A stretch of 64,000 nt of DNA from Perna viridis (Eukaryota): contig CM074511.1 of the NCBI GenBank assembly GCA_037379345.1, positions 50,164,862 through 50,228,861 on the forward strand, written 5' to 3'. The translations under genes were made by a program, and so were the position numbers. How positions within the stretch are numbered: the stretch's first letter is position 1; each line of letters starts with the position of its first letter. The notes under the pieces are model-generated. The model ran no database searches and was not told the DNA's origin. It saw only the letters and a list, made by a program, of their open reading frames with translations. This document shows, in pieces, positions 28,085-42,148 of this stretch.

Positions 28085-31000
28085 GTAAGGCGAACGATTA
28101 AACTAAACACGTGTTAAGATAAATATTTTGGAGGAAGATAAAACAAGGAATATCACAATTCGTACAACTAAGGAAATATGAATATTTACTATGTGAGGGC
28201 TAAGCCATAGTCAAGAAACAAATACTTATTATATAAGGATAGATAAAGAAGTAATTTTAACGAAAGTCGAGACTAACTCATATAAGGCAAATAACTCGTT
28301 GACCTAGATAAATATTTGAGACTGTGCTGTATCGCGGCAACTTATTACCAAGGTTTAAGTACTTCAAAAAAAAACCAGAAAACGCACTTTTTATACGATC
28401 TGTTATTTTTTTCAAATTGCAATAATTCTAGACTTCACAAAAAACGACATAGCCCCGATTACTTTTATGCTTATACTTATTTCACAAGACATAATAGTCA
28501 ATATTAGTTAATGTTCTCAGTGATGTAATGTCTTATTATGATACTGCTAGTCGTCTGGTTTAACTGATGCTGGTCGGAAAGGCTGTCTTTATTTGTTTCT
28601 TTGGCAGAGATTATCGGAATCAAGAATCAATCATTGTTACAACGTTCCTAGAACTCACTCTTATAAAGACCCTTCATTTATCAAATGTGTCTGGTTCGTA
28701 TAGTACACATGACATGCTTTGCGTTACCATAAACTTCTTGAATCTCTACGGTAGCATTTTAAAATTTGCCATGCTTAACGTGGTACGCTATCAACCGAAC
28801 TTATGGTCAATGTCAATTAAAACGGGTATCAGCTAGGCCTACGCCTCTGTCACATTCAGTTCTAAACCCCTCCTCTTTATGCAAATTAGTAAAGACCTTT
28901 GCGGATTTGCATACGTAGTGTATTGTTCACATCCAATAGGCCAACGAAGTGATATGCAGAAAATCAAGAAGCGGTTATAGCTCTATAGAGGGGGTTGCAA
29001 CTGCGGGCACGGTGTACAATATTGTCTTAGTCTTAAATGGACTTTTTGAAAATCCTGCTGCAGACATTATGGTATTGTTTTATACAACTCTCAGGTAGTA
29101 AGATTGGACTTGTACATCCCATTGGTGCAATATGATTGTTTGAAATAAAATCCAAAATTGCTCTGCTGAGCCATTAGCAAGAACAATCGTCACCTTTTAT
29201 AGTACTACCACAATATATACAATAATATACCCAGTACAATGTATATTCAAAAAAAATACGTTAATCTGTTGCAATATAAGTTTTAAACGTTATCAGAAGA
29301 AAGAAGGAAAGTCCTTCGTGTACTAAAATTAGACCGGCGTGGTATCATGTAAAGGTCAATATAGACCCAGAGCAGTAAAATAATGATTGAGATGATAGAT
29401 TTATACTCTAAACGACTGAGTAGTGATATACTACTAAAATACGGCACCACCTCATAATTATTTAATCGGTTTTTCCAACATACAACGTTGGTGTTACGTA
29501 GCTCGTAAAATAGCCTGCTGATCACGACCAGTTGTGTGTATCTTTAATAAGGATAATTGGAACCTCAAACATTAAGAAAAGTACCACTATTCAATTAAGA
29601 TTTTGTAGTTTAATGAATTATTTTGAATGCTTAATTGATGTTGAAGATAAGAATTTGATACCACATTAGTTTGATAATATTATTAAAATCGCATGTTATA
29701 CTTTGTTTTATAGAAGGCCAGATTAGCACGCATCCGGATGGCTAAAAATGCCAGCGGTGCTGCCTTTATTAGTAGTAAAAAACGGGCAGAGGAGAGGCTA
29801 CGTGCTAAAGAGAGTGGTATAGAGTTAGACGATGCCCCTGAAAATTTCCTTGAAATGCAACATCACCATCTACTCAGCTGTTTAGAGAAAACAACGGTGA
29901 GCTTTTAGACTTTCTGCACACTTATCTTAAAATGTGTAATGCATGGACATATTGATCGAGTGCAAAGTATAACTTCTGCTTTACAAATGGAATCCAATAT
30001 ATAGAATTTTGACACTTATTGCATCAGCTGCTACCTGCATCAGAGTCTATAGTTTTTTCTCCTGCAGTTTTCATGTATTCAGATCTCTATATATAAGTCC
30101 CTGTGGTGATGGCCATGTTAATTGTGTAATACATGCATATTAATTATCATTTTTGTCACAAGTCTGTAATGATATGTATGAAGTTGTAAATTATGTTTTG
30201 AAAATATTCTGCTTCTATCTGTTTTCATTACATTGATATAAAAAAATATAGGTACCTAATGGTACAAAATAATAACTTGATGTAACTTCGTTATTTCTCT
30301 AAAATCCAGCCATAGTTCACAGATGACTGTATATTTCTGGAAACATATATTAAATAATTAATCTAACATAGATTAGTGAGATTCAGTATGATTCATAGTC
30401 ATTGTGATTTTTCTAACTTCTATAAACTTCTAGACTTCTAAATTTTCAGAATAACCAAACATATTGTACAAACAAGAATATGACGGTAAACAGTTACACT
30501 TAGATAATAAAAACATGCATTTATTTTAATTAAAGGCTTTTTGCTTATTAGATTAGATAAATTTATCAACAGCAAAACAAACGAAGCACGCCTAATGTTT
30601 GATGCACATTTTCAACTTCTAATTTACGCGAACTATTTCTGCAATATAGATTGACCATATTACTAATTGGTGTTGGGCGATAACCCTATGGAATAAATTT
30701 TTTCACATTTTTGCTAATTCTAAATGGATGCACTGCTATGAATCTTCTGATCTGAATTATGATTAATGGATTAATGCTTTCTAATATCAGCTACCCAAGG
30801 ATTTTTCGCGTGAAAGGGAATTGATTGGCTTTTCATTGCATGCTACTTAAGATGAAAGGGTCTTATTTTTATTCTACTTGGGATCGCTTTTTGTAGGACC
30901 GTGTATTTGTTGAAATGGATATGGCTTTTAACGGAGCTCTCAATAAACCCTCGGAGACACCCCCTCCCTCCCCGGACCCCTCCCTAGTTTCCTTGGAGAG

Positions 31001-34000
31001 GAGACGTTCCACGGGCTGTTGTGCTCGTAGGTTCAACACACATCGAAGATTTTTTATCAATAAGGTAATGTATGGTGTAATCCCGTTCGGTCCTTGGGTT
31101 CGTCTTTCGTTTCTTACTGCTTTTTAACTTCACTTGTTTTAGTCATTTTAGATGATAGTTTTGATAATAGTTTTACTTTGTACAGATTGTTGTTGATTTG
31201 TTGCTTTGTTCAGTGACTGCTATACAGATGCTGTGGAATGTTGCACTGTATCAGTCACGTGGTTTGTTATTTTGTGCTTTCTTTCCTCCTCATTCACTTA
31301 GTTCAGAGCATTGCTTCACTTAAGCCCACGCATGTGCTTATATGATTCTTATTGTTTGCATGAACACTTAATACCAAATTATACCCAAAACGGTGAGTAT
31401 AAAATAAGGAGTGAAATTTCGCTTAAGTTACTCACAATTTAACTTTTATTCCAGTTGAAATGTCACTCATTAATTTTATTTTTTTAATTCATTTACTTTA
31501 CTTAAGTTATTATTAACTTTGCAAGTGAACGTGATTTTTTTTTTGTGGCTCATAACAGATATAAGAGCGTTTCAATTTATTTACATTATAGATGTGCTGT
31601 GTTCATATGATTTATAATATTCACCATTTTCCCTATTACAAACATCCTAATATCTCCGTGTCAATATTTTATTTTGGAATATCTTACTTATAGATGGACT
31701 CTTACATTCGAGTACTCTAGGAATAGAACTTTTAAAATCATAAACAATTCTCAAGTTCATATTTGTATTAATTACACAAGGACAAAAAGATTTATCAAAT
31801 TAAAAAAAACAACAGGGAGTAGTTTATATTATAACCTAATAGAATGAGTCAAGTTAAATCAGTATTTCAAATTGTCACAACCTAAGTAACAAATGAATCC
31901 TTGACAAGTCTAGGCAATGTCGGAAATTAGTCTAAGTCAGTGATTTTAATAATTCTGGAAACAGGCATCCAATTTTGGCTTGTCATTGATGACAATGAGG
32001 CTGTAGATATACCAATGAGTTGAGGATAGCTGCTAGTATATTTATTTCCACAATGGTTTTAAATTGATAATGTCGCCTTTGAGAAGTTTTGAATTGAAAA
32101 GTTTGAAATTAAAAATCACTTGAAAAGACCTTTCGTAAATAGATGGATAAATTTATGTAAATCTATGCCCTTACCAGTACCATCTTTCCTACTTTACACA
32201 TGTGTCACATCTCTTACTTGTTGATATAATGGAAATTGATACCAAGTACTCATCGAATCAGTTAAACACACACACACATAAGTTTTTATAACAAAATGTA
32301 CTGCATTGAACACAGGGATAACATATTGTTTATATATAGATCCAATTCTCCGACTAAATAAAGAGGGAATTAAAATCAAGTATACGCAATCTGAAACAAG
32401 GAAGAATTCATAAACTATTGTGCATTTACAAATTTTAAGTAAACTCATAGATTATGTTTGTGGTACCATCCCACTTGTCCCGCATCTGTAAATTCCAGGC
32501 AAACTTTAAGTGACATTTCGTATGACAAGTGAGAGGTAATCTCCTAATTATGACGATCAATTTAGTAATATTTCCTCTTTTCAGAAAACTTTTGACCATA
32601 TGTTTCATTTTTTTGTGTCATTTGTTTTTTAAGCTCCATTGATATATAAAATTATTAAGCCTTTTTTTTAATTAAAACTATTTGACTATTACTCATTCGT
32701 ATGTTTTAATTCATTGAATTGTTTTTTTCGTTTTTATTATACTTAAGTTACTGTTTTATTGTCAATAAATAGAAAAAAAAACTATAGCTGTATCTAAACC
32801 TTATGTAAACATACCTCAAAAATAATTTGGCAGGCCAAATGGGATGGTTTGTTTTTACAAATGTAGAACAAATAGGTATAAACAATGTGCATACTAAGTA
32901 CAACTTGATTTAGTTTCGGTGTCGAATTATAAGTACAGAACATTCACTACGAACCCCTATACATGGATCAATCGGAACTCCTCAGCCTTTCTCCTTACAT
33001 AGAAGAAAAACCTCGGATGCACTTGGCGAAAGAATCTGTCTGGAATTTGTCCGATCCGATTCTAAAATTATAGTTTAACTGGTTGATTTTTTTAGCTCCA
33101 CATTTTACGCCAAAATTCTTGGGAGTTATTGTTCTCTATAGTGATATCTAACTAATTCTTTAAGCCCACCTGGTTGATGGAACTTCTTTTTTGTATGCGC
33201 GTATTACTACAATTCCTGAAATTTTCTCCTTTCTGCATTCAAGGTTATTTTAGGTGCGGCGACAATGGCCGAGTAGTTCCAATTGTACATGGATGACTAG
33301 TGTAATGATAATCACCGAAAGGTGTAGGGAGTGTTCATTGTAACCCTTTTTAACTTATTTATAAGGGTACAAATATAATGAAGTATTTTATACATTTTCT
33401 CCTAATTAAAAGTTGAATGTTTTGCTAAGCAACATGTTAAATTTATTTTGGTATTAGTGTGGATCATACCAATACCATTACTCATTCTGGGCTTGTGTCT
33501 AATAACAGGAACAGGCCGGAACTAAATAGCACAAGGGCGAAGAAAAAAAAGGTGCTCTGTTATAACATTTTTTTCTGAAAAAATCGAAAAGATTTTACTA
33601 GCGGAAAGTAAATATATAGTATTTAAAATTATTTCATTCTGGGTGGTGATTACATGTATGTGTATAATCTATCCTGAATAACAAGAGCATAATCGATTTT
33701 CCTGTTTTTTCAGAAGTAAAGATAATTGTTGGATGTATATTTTACTTTATTTCTACGAGTTGGTACTACCTTTGTTTTAGTTTACCCAATGTGTCAATAA
33801 ATTCATTCTACATATATTATAGAGACACCATAATGATTCTGAACACGAGGAGCTGAATGATATCCAGATAAGACTGCCGATGGCTAACAGGTCTTCACGC
33901 TCCAGTCTGAATGCAGTTGGCAGTGTTAACAATAGTAAATCCAATAATCTGACTGTGACCACTGCCATCGTGAACCTGCCCACTCCAAGTACCACCCCGG

Positions 34001-34101
34001 AGATGGACACACAGAGTACCAGTGGATCTATGGCTCCTCCTCCACCATCATATTCACAAACGCCGCATAACCCGGAAAGTGTTAGAATCTCTACGTTATG
34101 A
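27922..34101 (+). CDS. Shal: Shal/Kv4 (KCND family) voltage-gated potassium channel, 3' part; spliced CDS 27922-28084, 29714-29896, 30897-31064, 33823-34101; 5' exon lies upstream of the window
   Basis: Four exons with GT-AG ends join in frame: (G)YGDMVP...[28 protein letters not shown] | [11 protein letters not shown]...[13 protein letters not shown] | DRVFVEMD...CCARRF...NK | RHHND...SRSSLNA...[15 protein letters not shown]...VRISTL*. The pore/S6 segment, the Shal-specific HHHLL dileucine motif and the PDZ-type tail are all recognisable. Confidence 0.96.
28857..29003. mobile_element. Possible small decayed MITE in a Shal intron
   Basis: Imperfect inverted ends cagttctaaacccctcctc / gagggggttgcaactg. 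Confidence 0.3.
29714..29896 (+). CDS. Shal: Shal/Kv4 exon: C-terminal region with dileucine targeting motif
   Basis: ttttatag|AAG GCC AGA...ACA ACG|gtgagc; 183 nt, [61 protein letters not shown]; missed by the ORF track. Confidence 0.95.
30897..31064 (+). CDS. Shal: Shal/Kv4 exon: mid C-terminus
   Basis: tttttgtag|GAC CGT GTA...AAT AAG|gtaatg; 168 nt, [56 protein letters not shown]. Confidence 0.9.
33823..34101 (+). CDS. Shal: Shal/Kv4 terminal coding exon
   Basis: tattatag|AGA CAC CAT...; contains SRSSLNA and [16 protein letters not shown] (Kv4-like proline-directed kinase region) and ends VRISTL TGA. Confidence 0.9.
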   Translation, partial: RHHNDSEHEELNDIQIRLPMANRSSRSSLNAVGSVNNSKSNNLTVTTAIVNLPTPSTTPEMDTQSTSGSMAPPPPSYSQTPHNPESVRISTL

Positions 34102-37100
34102 TTGGATTACTAAGATAGTGTAGGAATGTTTTGCTCATGGTCTGTGATTTGAATGACCGATTGTGATATTCGCGGAATATATCAAGTTAAAATAGGTCGG
34201 TCCAAAATAAATCGTCTTACAGCATTTGGACGGTATTTAAGGAAAAAGAACATTTACCGAGGCAGTAGTGGTGAAGTACTTTTCAGGAAGTGATTCTGAA
34301 GGGAGTATTACTATTGAATATATCAGTTTGAACCTTAAATTGTGAAAAACCCTACAGAATTAATAGATGGCCTAAATTGGAATGTTTTATGGAGTTTGGT
34401 TGGTGAGAAAGTCAACAAAAACCTAACATCTATTCCTGATTGGAGAAAAGAAACACCTAGTCATACAATAATTATGATATTTATAATACTTTTTTTACAT
34501 TTTCATATACCATATTTTTTTCTGCTCACACATTCTATGTAGCATATTTTCCTTAATCGGTATGTGTGAATAATGCACAATGTTGATATTGGGTGAGTGA
34601 TTGTATGTGTGAACACTTTTTGGTCATGTTCATAATTCATCATAAAAGCATATTTATTTTTCAAATTATACAATCAAAAGCGATGTAATTTGTCAACACA
34701 ATATACTAGGGATTTTCCGCTGCATCCCTTTTGTGTATAATAATGGAATTAATCTTTGTATCAATTATCAAAATAAAGTATTTCAGAAATAAACTCTTCT
34801 CATGATTTTAAGCCACTGGGTGCTCGAACTTTTCATTATTTTGAGCCACTCAGTGCTCTAGCATATAAGAGATCTGTTAAATGTTCTGTTTTGCAAGAAC
34901 ACACCTTTTTACTATTAGAACTAGTCAAAAGACTATAAGTAGCTACAAGCCTTTATAACTAAGATGAAATGTTTGAACAAATTGCATCATAACTTGACTT
35001 GTTAGGAGCAAGTGCTCGGTGACTAGGTCATTTTTTGAATTCTTTTTTTTATATTTAAAAGATCATACAGTGATATAGTATGAAATAGCAATATGCTTAT
35101 TCATTCATGGTTGGTGGTCAAATTTTCAATGAGTATTTAATTTACCTGATATTCCATAAGATTTATGGCTATATCTTTATACCACTGCTACCTGAAGCTG
35201 ATGTTTTGCAATGGTGTTGTTTGAATGCACCCATATTGGCGTGGATGTTGTCATTGTGTGTTTGGGCTTTGTACATACTAATATTTGTGCCAAAAGCTTT
35301 TATCACAGGCATTTCATTTTGCTAAAGTCCAGGTCAAAATTATTTATAATTTTTTTAAGCAACTAATAATTTCATTTTTTCCTTTTATTCCAAGAGTTAA
35401 ATTTTAACAAGCATTTTAATCTGTAGAGACTAAAACTTATTTGACCTGATTTAAACGGTTTGCTGGAATTTGGTAAATACAATCTGTTACTAAACTGTCT
35501 GATATTTGATGACTTGATATTTCGTTTGAATTAGAACTATAGTATCGAATGATATCTAGTAGAGAAATATTGTTCCATTTTAAGGCCCTTATTCTGTTAA
35601 AGGTGTAACATGTCAAAAATATGTGTGATAGTTTCTACTGAGAAAAATACTACTATTGATGGCATTAATGGTAGACTTAGCGTCAACTAAGCTCTAAGAT
35701 ACTATTATTGATTTTTTGTCGACATACAGGCAATCAAGATAGTAATTGTTATAATATGTAGTCGATATACTGTCTCTGTAATGAACATCATTTAAAAGCA
35801 AACCGTCTTATGCACGTTTGTACTCGACATAGAAATAGGTCGTCATTTTCATAAAAGCTGTCGTACAAAAATATCAACTTTTGTTTTGAATCAACGAACA
35901 GGTAGAACATTCTTAAATGGCGTCTGTAATCGGTTTAAAATGTAAAAACATATTAAAAAGAAATGTCGATTTGCTTTGCATATATTAAAAAGAATTGTAT
36001 TATTCTGTATATTTCACGGATGTAAGACAAGTCTCTACCTTTCTTTCTTTCCTTGGTGAAGCGTTTTGTATTTCATTTTGAGTTGGTCTGCCTATTTTCA
36101 TGGATATTTGGGATAACCAAATTTGATATAACACCACCACAGTCAAGCCAAAATGTGTCTTCTTCCGTTCGCTGTATGTATTAAAACATGGGCCAGACTT
36201 AATTGTATATAGGTAATACGTACGGCTCCAAGCCATCTTTGTCTAGTCTCTGTGAGTCGAATATTTAGTAATTTGTTTAATGCAAAGGGCAATAATTCAT
36301 TCTTTACAGTTTTACTGTTAGTAAGTTTTGTTTGTGATATGCTCAATCAAATGATCAAGCTGTGTTTTTTTCTGTACATAATTAATGTAAGAACACTTGG
36401 TTAACATATCCTGCTCACAACAAAGTTAAATTACATACAAAAAAATGGTATTTCTAGTCACTTCTCAGCTCTTATATAAAGTAATAAACATTTTTTTGAC
36501 TGAAAAGTTTATTTGTTCTTCAATCATTTGTGTAGTGGTATTGAACACATTATCTGTTAATTTAAAATGCTTGTTTTTTTTCTCAGAAAATTCTGATCTT
36601 TTTTAAGATAATTAACCAAGATTAAGAGTATGCACTGAGCAGGATATGTGTGATAGAAGTTGTTCAAGTTTATTTACTGTTGTTTTTAACTTATATAAAA
36701 GCTGTGATTTGTTCATAATTTGTCAGAGATCCCACGATTTTAAAGATGTGTGATGTTAATTTTAGAGATTTCATTGTATGTAAGTATATAGTGTAAATCA
36801 GTGATAGTTGGTATGTATGAACATGAGTGGTGTTGCCTTCAATGTGTTTCTAGGTCCGTCTATCTGTTCTATAGACATTTTTCATTGAAATTAGGAGGTT
36901 CAATGATTGCAATTTCAGCAAAACTTTGGGTATCATAAACGATTAAGTAAATGACCCATTTTAGAACGGAGTTAGTTTGTTTCTTTGGAATTAGTCTGAA
37001 ATTGTTATAGATGATTTACTTACTTTGACCAGTATATCAAAAGTTAGAAATAAAATTGTTGCATGACAAGAGGAGTTATAAAATGAAATAATATTGGCCT

Positions 37101-37300
37101 ATTTTGGGGGTACTTCTAGGATTTTATGTTTTCTTAAAAGGATTAACATTCATGAAGGTATTAAGGCGAGATGGACGCGTGGATTTTTTCTCTCTTTTTT
37201 CCAATATTCCAAATCTCGATATTGGGATATTAGTAGATAGTTAAGATATTCCCGTTGTTACTGTTTTTGATTACGAATAAAATCCCATTCAATTTACTGT
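34102..37300 (+). other. Putative Shal 3' UTR; candidate poly(A) signals at 34772, 34788 and 37276
   Basis: Repeat-poor U-rich stretch after the stop codon; AATAAA at 37276-37281 is followed by a GT-rich element (gtctggtgtgtattt). The extent is an inference. Confidence 0.35.
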
Positions 37301-40300
37301 CTGGTGTGTATTTATTGCCAGCTTATCTTGTAATTCTAGGTGGACATGAGTGAGGAATTGAGACTATCCCGAATAAAAACGTGAACCACGACACAAAATT
37401 GTATTGAAGATATCATTAAAAAATACACGGTATACAAATGGTTAAATTATTAAACAGATTGAGGTAAATGCACGATAATAAAAATATGTAATAATTGTTT
37501 ATATATATTTTTTTAAATACAGAAAATCAGGTAACGTATATAATATCCAAGAGTATACTACTGACAACTAATATGGTACTTATCATTTAACAGCGATCGA
37601 GAATTATTCCTGGTTTTAGGCAGGGCTTGATTCGTGGAGCTAGAACTATCTATATTTTTAATACTGAATATAAATAATTATAGTGTTAATAATAGGTGTT
37701 GCGAAAGGTTTTTAATAAGTCAAAATCTAGGACGTCGACCGAATATACGTATAATTGTCAATATTTTCATTCTTAATGAATAATTGACTGAAAGGCTTGC
37801 ATACAATACATAACTTCTCAATACATTTTCACCTGAAATATATGGACATAAGGTTTTGGGGTACATTCTTTTGAGTGTTTTAGATTTTTAAAATTTACAC
37901 AGGCAAATCAAATGAATATTTCAATGCAACTGCAAGATTTCTCCCTTGACATTGTGTTTAGGTCATCCCAGTGTGGGTTGATAAAAAATTGCATAATAGA
38001 AAATTATATTGATACTTCTGTATTTTGGATCGAGGACAATCACCCCCTTCATAAAAAGAATGGCTCATTCGGCGATGTCAGTGAGCAACCATTTGATTTT
38101 TGGGAGACTTAAGTCGACATATTTAATAATTTAGATATTTTGTTATTTCTTGCATGATTTAGTATTAGCAATTCTTTATTTGTTGAAAGTACTCAAAATC
38201 ATAGTTTTACCAAATTTCTATCAACCCAACTTTTTGTTCAACTAGTATAGTTGCATAAATCGAACATTTGTGATAGTTTTTATTGCACTCTGGCACACAC
38301 ATATTTAAATCATAGCTTTTCAATATAATCTGGATAGGTTCTATTAATGCAAGTTTAAGAAAGTTTTTGTCAATACTTTTCCCACACGCATAGATAAAAC
38401 AGATTGTCAATCTATTCCGCAAACTTAACTCCTCTGGGTGAAAGTGACCTATTATTTGGTTTGGTGCCACTGGCAACCGGAAAGCAACCTCCTGGTTATG
38501 TTGGTGTTTCTTTTTTTGTTTTTTGTTTTACTTTCATATCTGATCTTTTCCAGACGGACGGATGTCTATTTGATGAAAGAAGTTTTGATTCTAAGGGTCA
38601 TCTATTGGTTTTCTTGTCAATGAAGAAATGATAAGTGAATTTTGGTTATCAGATTGTAATTACTCATATTTACGTGACAAGTGGGTTCATCCTTTTTCCC
38701 CTCACAAGACACCTCACACAACAGCATACCGTTTCATGAAAAAAAAACCGTCTACTTTTATCATATGAAGTGTAATTCGATGAGTCTTTTTCTTTCCCTT
38801 ACTTGCACATAAACGAAATCTTGTATCATAAATATCCCGCGTGAATGATATTTCATTTCAAATCATCAACTTTCTTTCGAAAAAAATAAATTTGGTTTTG
38901 AATTCTAGGTATTGCAATGTATAATTATGATAAAAGTAGACGTATTTAATGGATAAATTGAGATATATTGTAAAAATCTATCACGATTGCCAAGTGACGG
39001 AACCCAAACTTCTTAATAGTGTTACTTTTTAAAAATCCACAGTAAAATTAATGTAGATCATTTCCTTGAGTTTATTGTTCAAGTAAATTGGTAAAACCGA
39101 CCAAGTAGGGCAATTAATGTTCAATAAATCATGCCAAAAATATAGTCTTTCTATAAAAGTTTTCTAATGTCGTTTTGAACTACAATCAACCAAATACATT
39201 TTAAAGATACTATATACCAGCCAAGGAAAATACTCTTCATTTATCCGTTCGTCCGTCCACACACAGTTTCTCTTTATCAGTATCAATTTTTCCAAAGTGG
39301 CTGAATTGCACTCTACGAAACTTGCGAATAATGCCATCGTACAATTTCTATTCTATATTTCCATCTGAATGAATATTTGGGTATCCATATGGTTTCTGGG
39401 TAGGTGAACAGGTATATGACCTTGATATTTTAGGATTTTTAGTTAAAACGACCAACGGCTGATGTATTTATTCAATGTCATGCTTCTTAAGAATACACTT
39501 GATTCAGAAGAGTACATTGTGTTTAAAAATGCAAAACTTCAAACAGAGACAGCCATCCTGCAAAAGACAAGCAACGAACAATTAAATTTCTACAAGTCAC
39601 CGCACGGCCTTTAATGATGGGAAAAACCCATGTCATAAAGCAGGCTGTAAAAGGCCACTGATGCTGTCAAATACATGATTCCAGACACAGTCTAGAAATG
39701 AGGATGGTACGCGATTTATAATAAATTGAAAGCTAATGTCTATTGTCCGCTACCCCTGAACGGTTTTGACCACAACTTCAATTATTAAGTAGGACATAAG
39801 AATTATGCAAAATGTGATTCATGGTTGGAAAGCTTACCTATTTTTACTTTTAATATTATGTTTAAAATGTCATAGTAAATAGAAAGTAACGTGTGGCTGT
39901 TCACATAACCTTTGTTCATAGGAGATAAAATCATACATAAAATAGAATGTAATGTAGAATTCAAAATTAAGGGAGATAACTCTGTAAATGACACTAAAAT
40001 ACAGTTGAAACTATTGGCTTTTTGATGTGGATCATCTCCTTAGAGCAGACAGATTTGAATGAATAAGTAAAAATTTCATCATATAGACCTATTAAGTAGC
40101 TTAATACTGAAAATAAAAATATGTAGCCTTTTTTAGGTGTATCACATAGAATTTTCATGATTCTTATAAAAGAGTGCTATTCAATCTTGATATGTCATCA
40201 GACTAACAACGCCAATGTCAGAGTTTGTATGCACTAAAGAAAGTGCAGCTGAAAATTGAATTCTTAAGAAAAACATGATTTTATTAATTTTTTTTTTGTT

Positions 40301-41039
40301 TGTTTTTTGTGTTTTTTTTTTGTGTTTTTTTTTTTGTGTTTATTTATTTATTTTTAATTAACTAACTCGTTAATTATTTAAATTCAGTCCCAAGGTGTTA
40401 CCGGCCTGTGTGATTTCAGTGGTTTCCAAAAGTTTTATTTTTTGGTTGACCTAATCTTGGCTATATTCAAATTCAAGTTTCATATTTTCTATTCTGTCTA
40501 CGGAAAAACATTTTTGTTATGAAAGTTTTACACTATTTGCACTGGCGATTAGTATTGCATAAAAGTTTTAAAGCGCCGACATAAAACATGGCCTGTTTCT
40601 ATTTTAACCTCGTTGTAAATTATGAAGTTTGCAATGGATTCATGGCAACCTGTTAATTTCGTTTATATTCAAAATATAATAGGAGTAATTAGCCAGTCTT
40701 AGAAAAACAAATGAAGTTGGAAGCTAGACGCCATTAATTGAAGCTTTGTAAACCCTGTTGGGCTGTAGACGCCTGTAAGTGATTTTAGTCTTCGGGGTAT
40801 TCCAAAGACCTATTGTCTGATGAAGCTAATCACGTGTTCCACTACAGAATGTCGACAACATCATGAAAGATAAGTAAACATCTTTAAAGTCTGGAGTGTC
40901 TGCTTAACGTTTAAAATTTCAACAATAATCGCAAATCAATTTCAGTCCGAGAAAAGTATTTTAACTGAAAATGCAATCGCAACTTCTCGGCCAATCTCGG
41001 GATCTCGAGTATTGCCGGAATAGGCCGAGGATGTACCAT

Positions 41040-41905
41040 TGCTGAAAAATTTGACCATCATGCTAAACAATTAGATCCTATTTCAGAAATTGGCTAAACC
41101 TAACTGTGTTGGAGATATATGTGAAAAACTGCTGTCTGACCCCTATGTTCTATTTTTTATAAACGGCGGCCATGTTTGTTGACGGATCAAAAATCCCCAC
41201 ATCAGTTCTATGCAGCATACACTAAGAACCATTCATAACAAGTTTGGTTCTAAATTGTATATAGTAGTGTCGGAGGAGAAGATTTTTTAAAGTAATATCA
41301 TTAAAAAAAAAGCCGAAAAACGTCCAAAAAGATAATAACTCCTATATTGCTAAACAGATTTTCACCAAAACTAGACCACTGATAGGTCTAATCATTCAAA
41401 ACGCCTTTACTCTGTCAGAATTATGTTAAACTTAACGGTTATGGAGATATACGCGATAAAGTCAGACCCCTATGTTCTATTTTAGTAACGGCGGCCATAT
41501 TTATCAACGGATCAAAAATCCCATCAAAAATTCTATGCAGAATACCCTAAGAAACATTCATATCAAGTTTGGGTCTAAATTATGTTGTTGTGTCATGAGG
41601 AAGATTTGGTTCAACAGATTAAAACGAAAATTTGACCGCTGATAGACCTCATACCGTCAGAATTAAGCTCAACCTAACTGTTTTGGAGATACTGTCTGAC
41701 CCTATGTTCTACTTTAGTAACGGTGGTCATGTTTTTCGACGGTTAAAAAATTCCCCACATCAGTTCTATTCAGAATATCCTATAACAATCATACCAAATT
41801 TGACTCTGATTGGTCACGTAGTTTCAGAGGAGATGAGTTTTGAAAAATTGTTAACGAGACGACGACACCTCATATTGTCCTTCGAGCTGGGCGAGCTAAA
41901 AACGA
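41040..41905. mobile_element. Helentron-associated (HINE-like) element with satellite-type internal repeats
   Basis: Three degenerate units containing gacccctatgttcta...aacggcggccat...gatcaaaaatccc; ends with a short hairpin and GAGCTAAAAA; resembles oyster satellite/HINE repeats. Confidence 0.6.
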
Positions 41906-42073
41906 AAATTCAACTTTAACGTTACATTAGTTTATAGTGCACCCAAACCAAACCTAAACGGATATGCTGTATATACGTGGCAGTTCCACTCAAAATTTGA
42001 TGAATTTATTTATACTCCGATCACGGTAAATGCTTGGTTGTAATTTTACATATCGGAAATTGTGACTATAATT

Positions 42074-42077
<4 letters not shown>

Positions 42078-42148
<71 letters not shown>

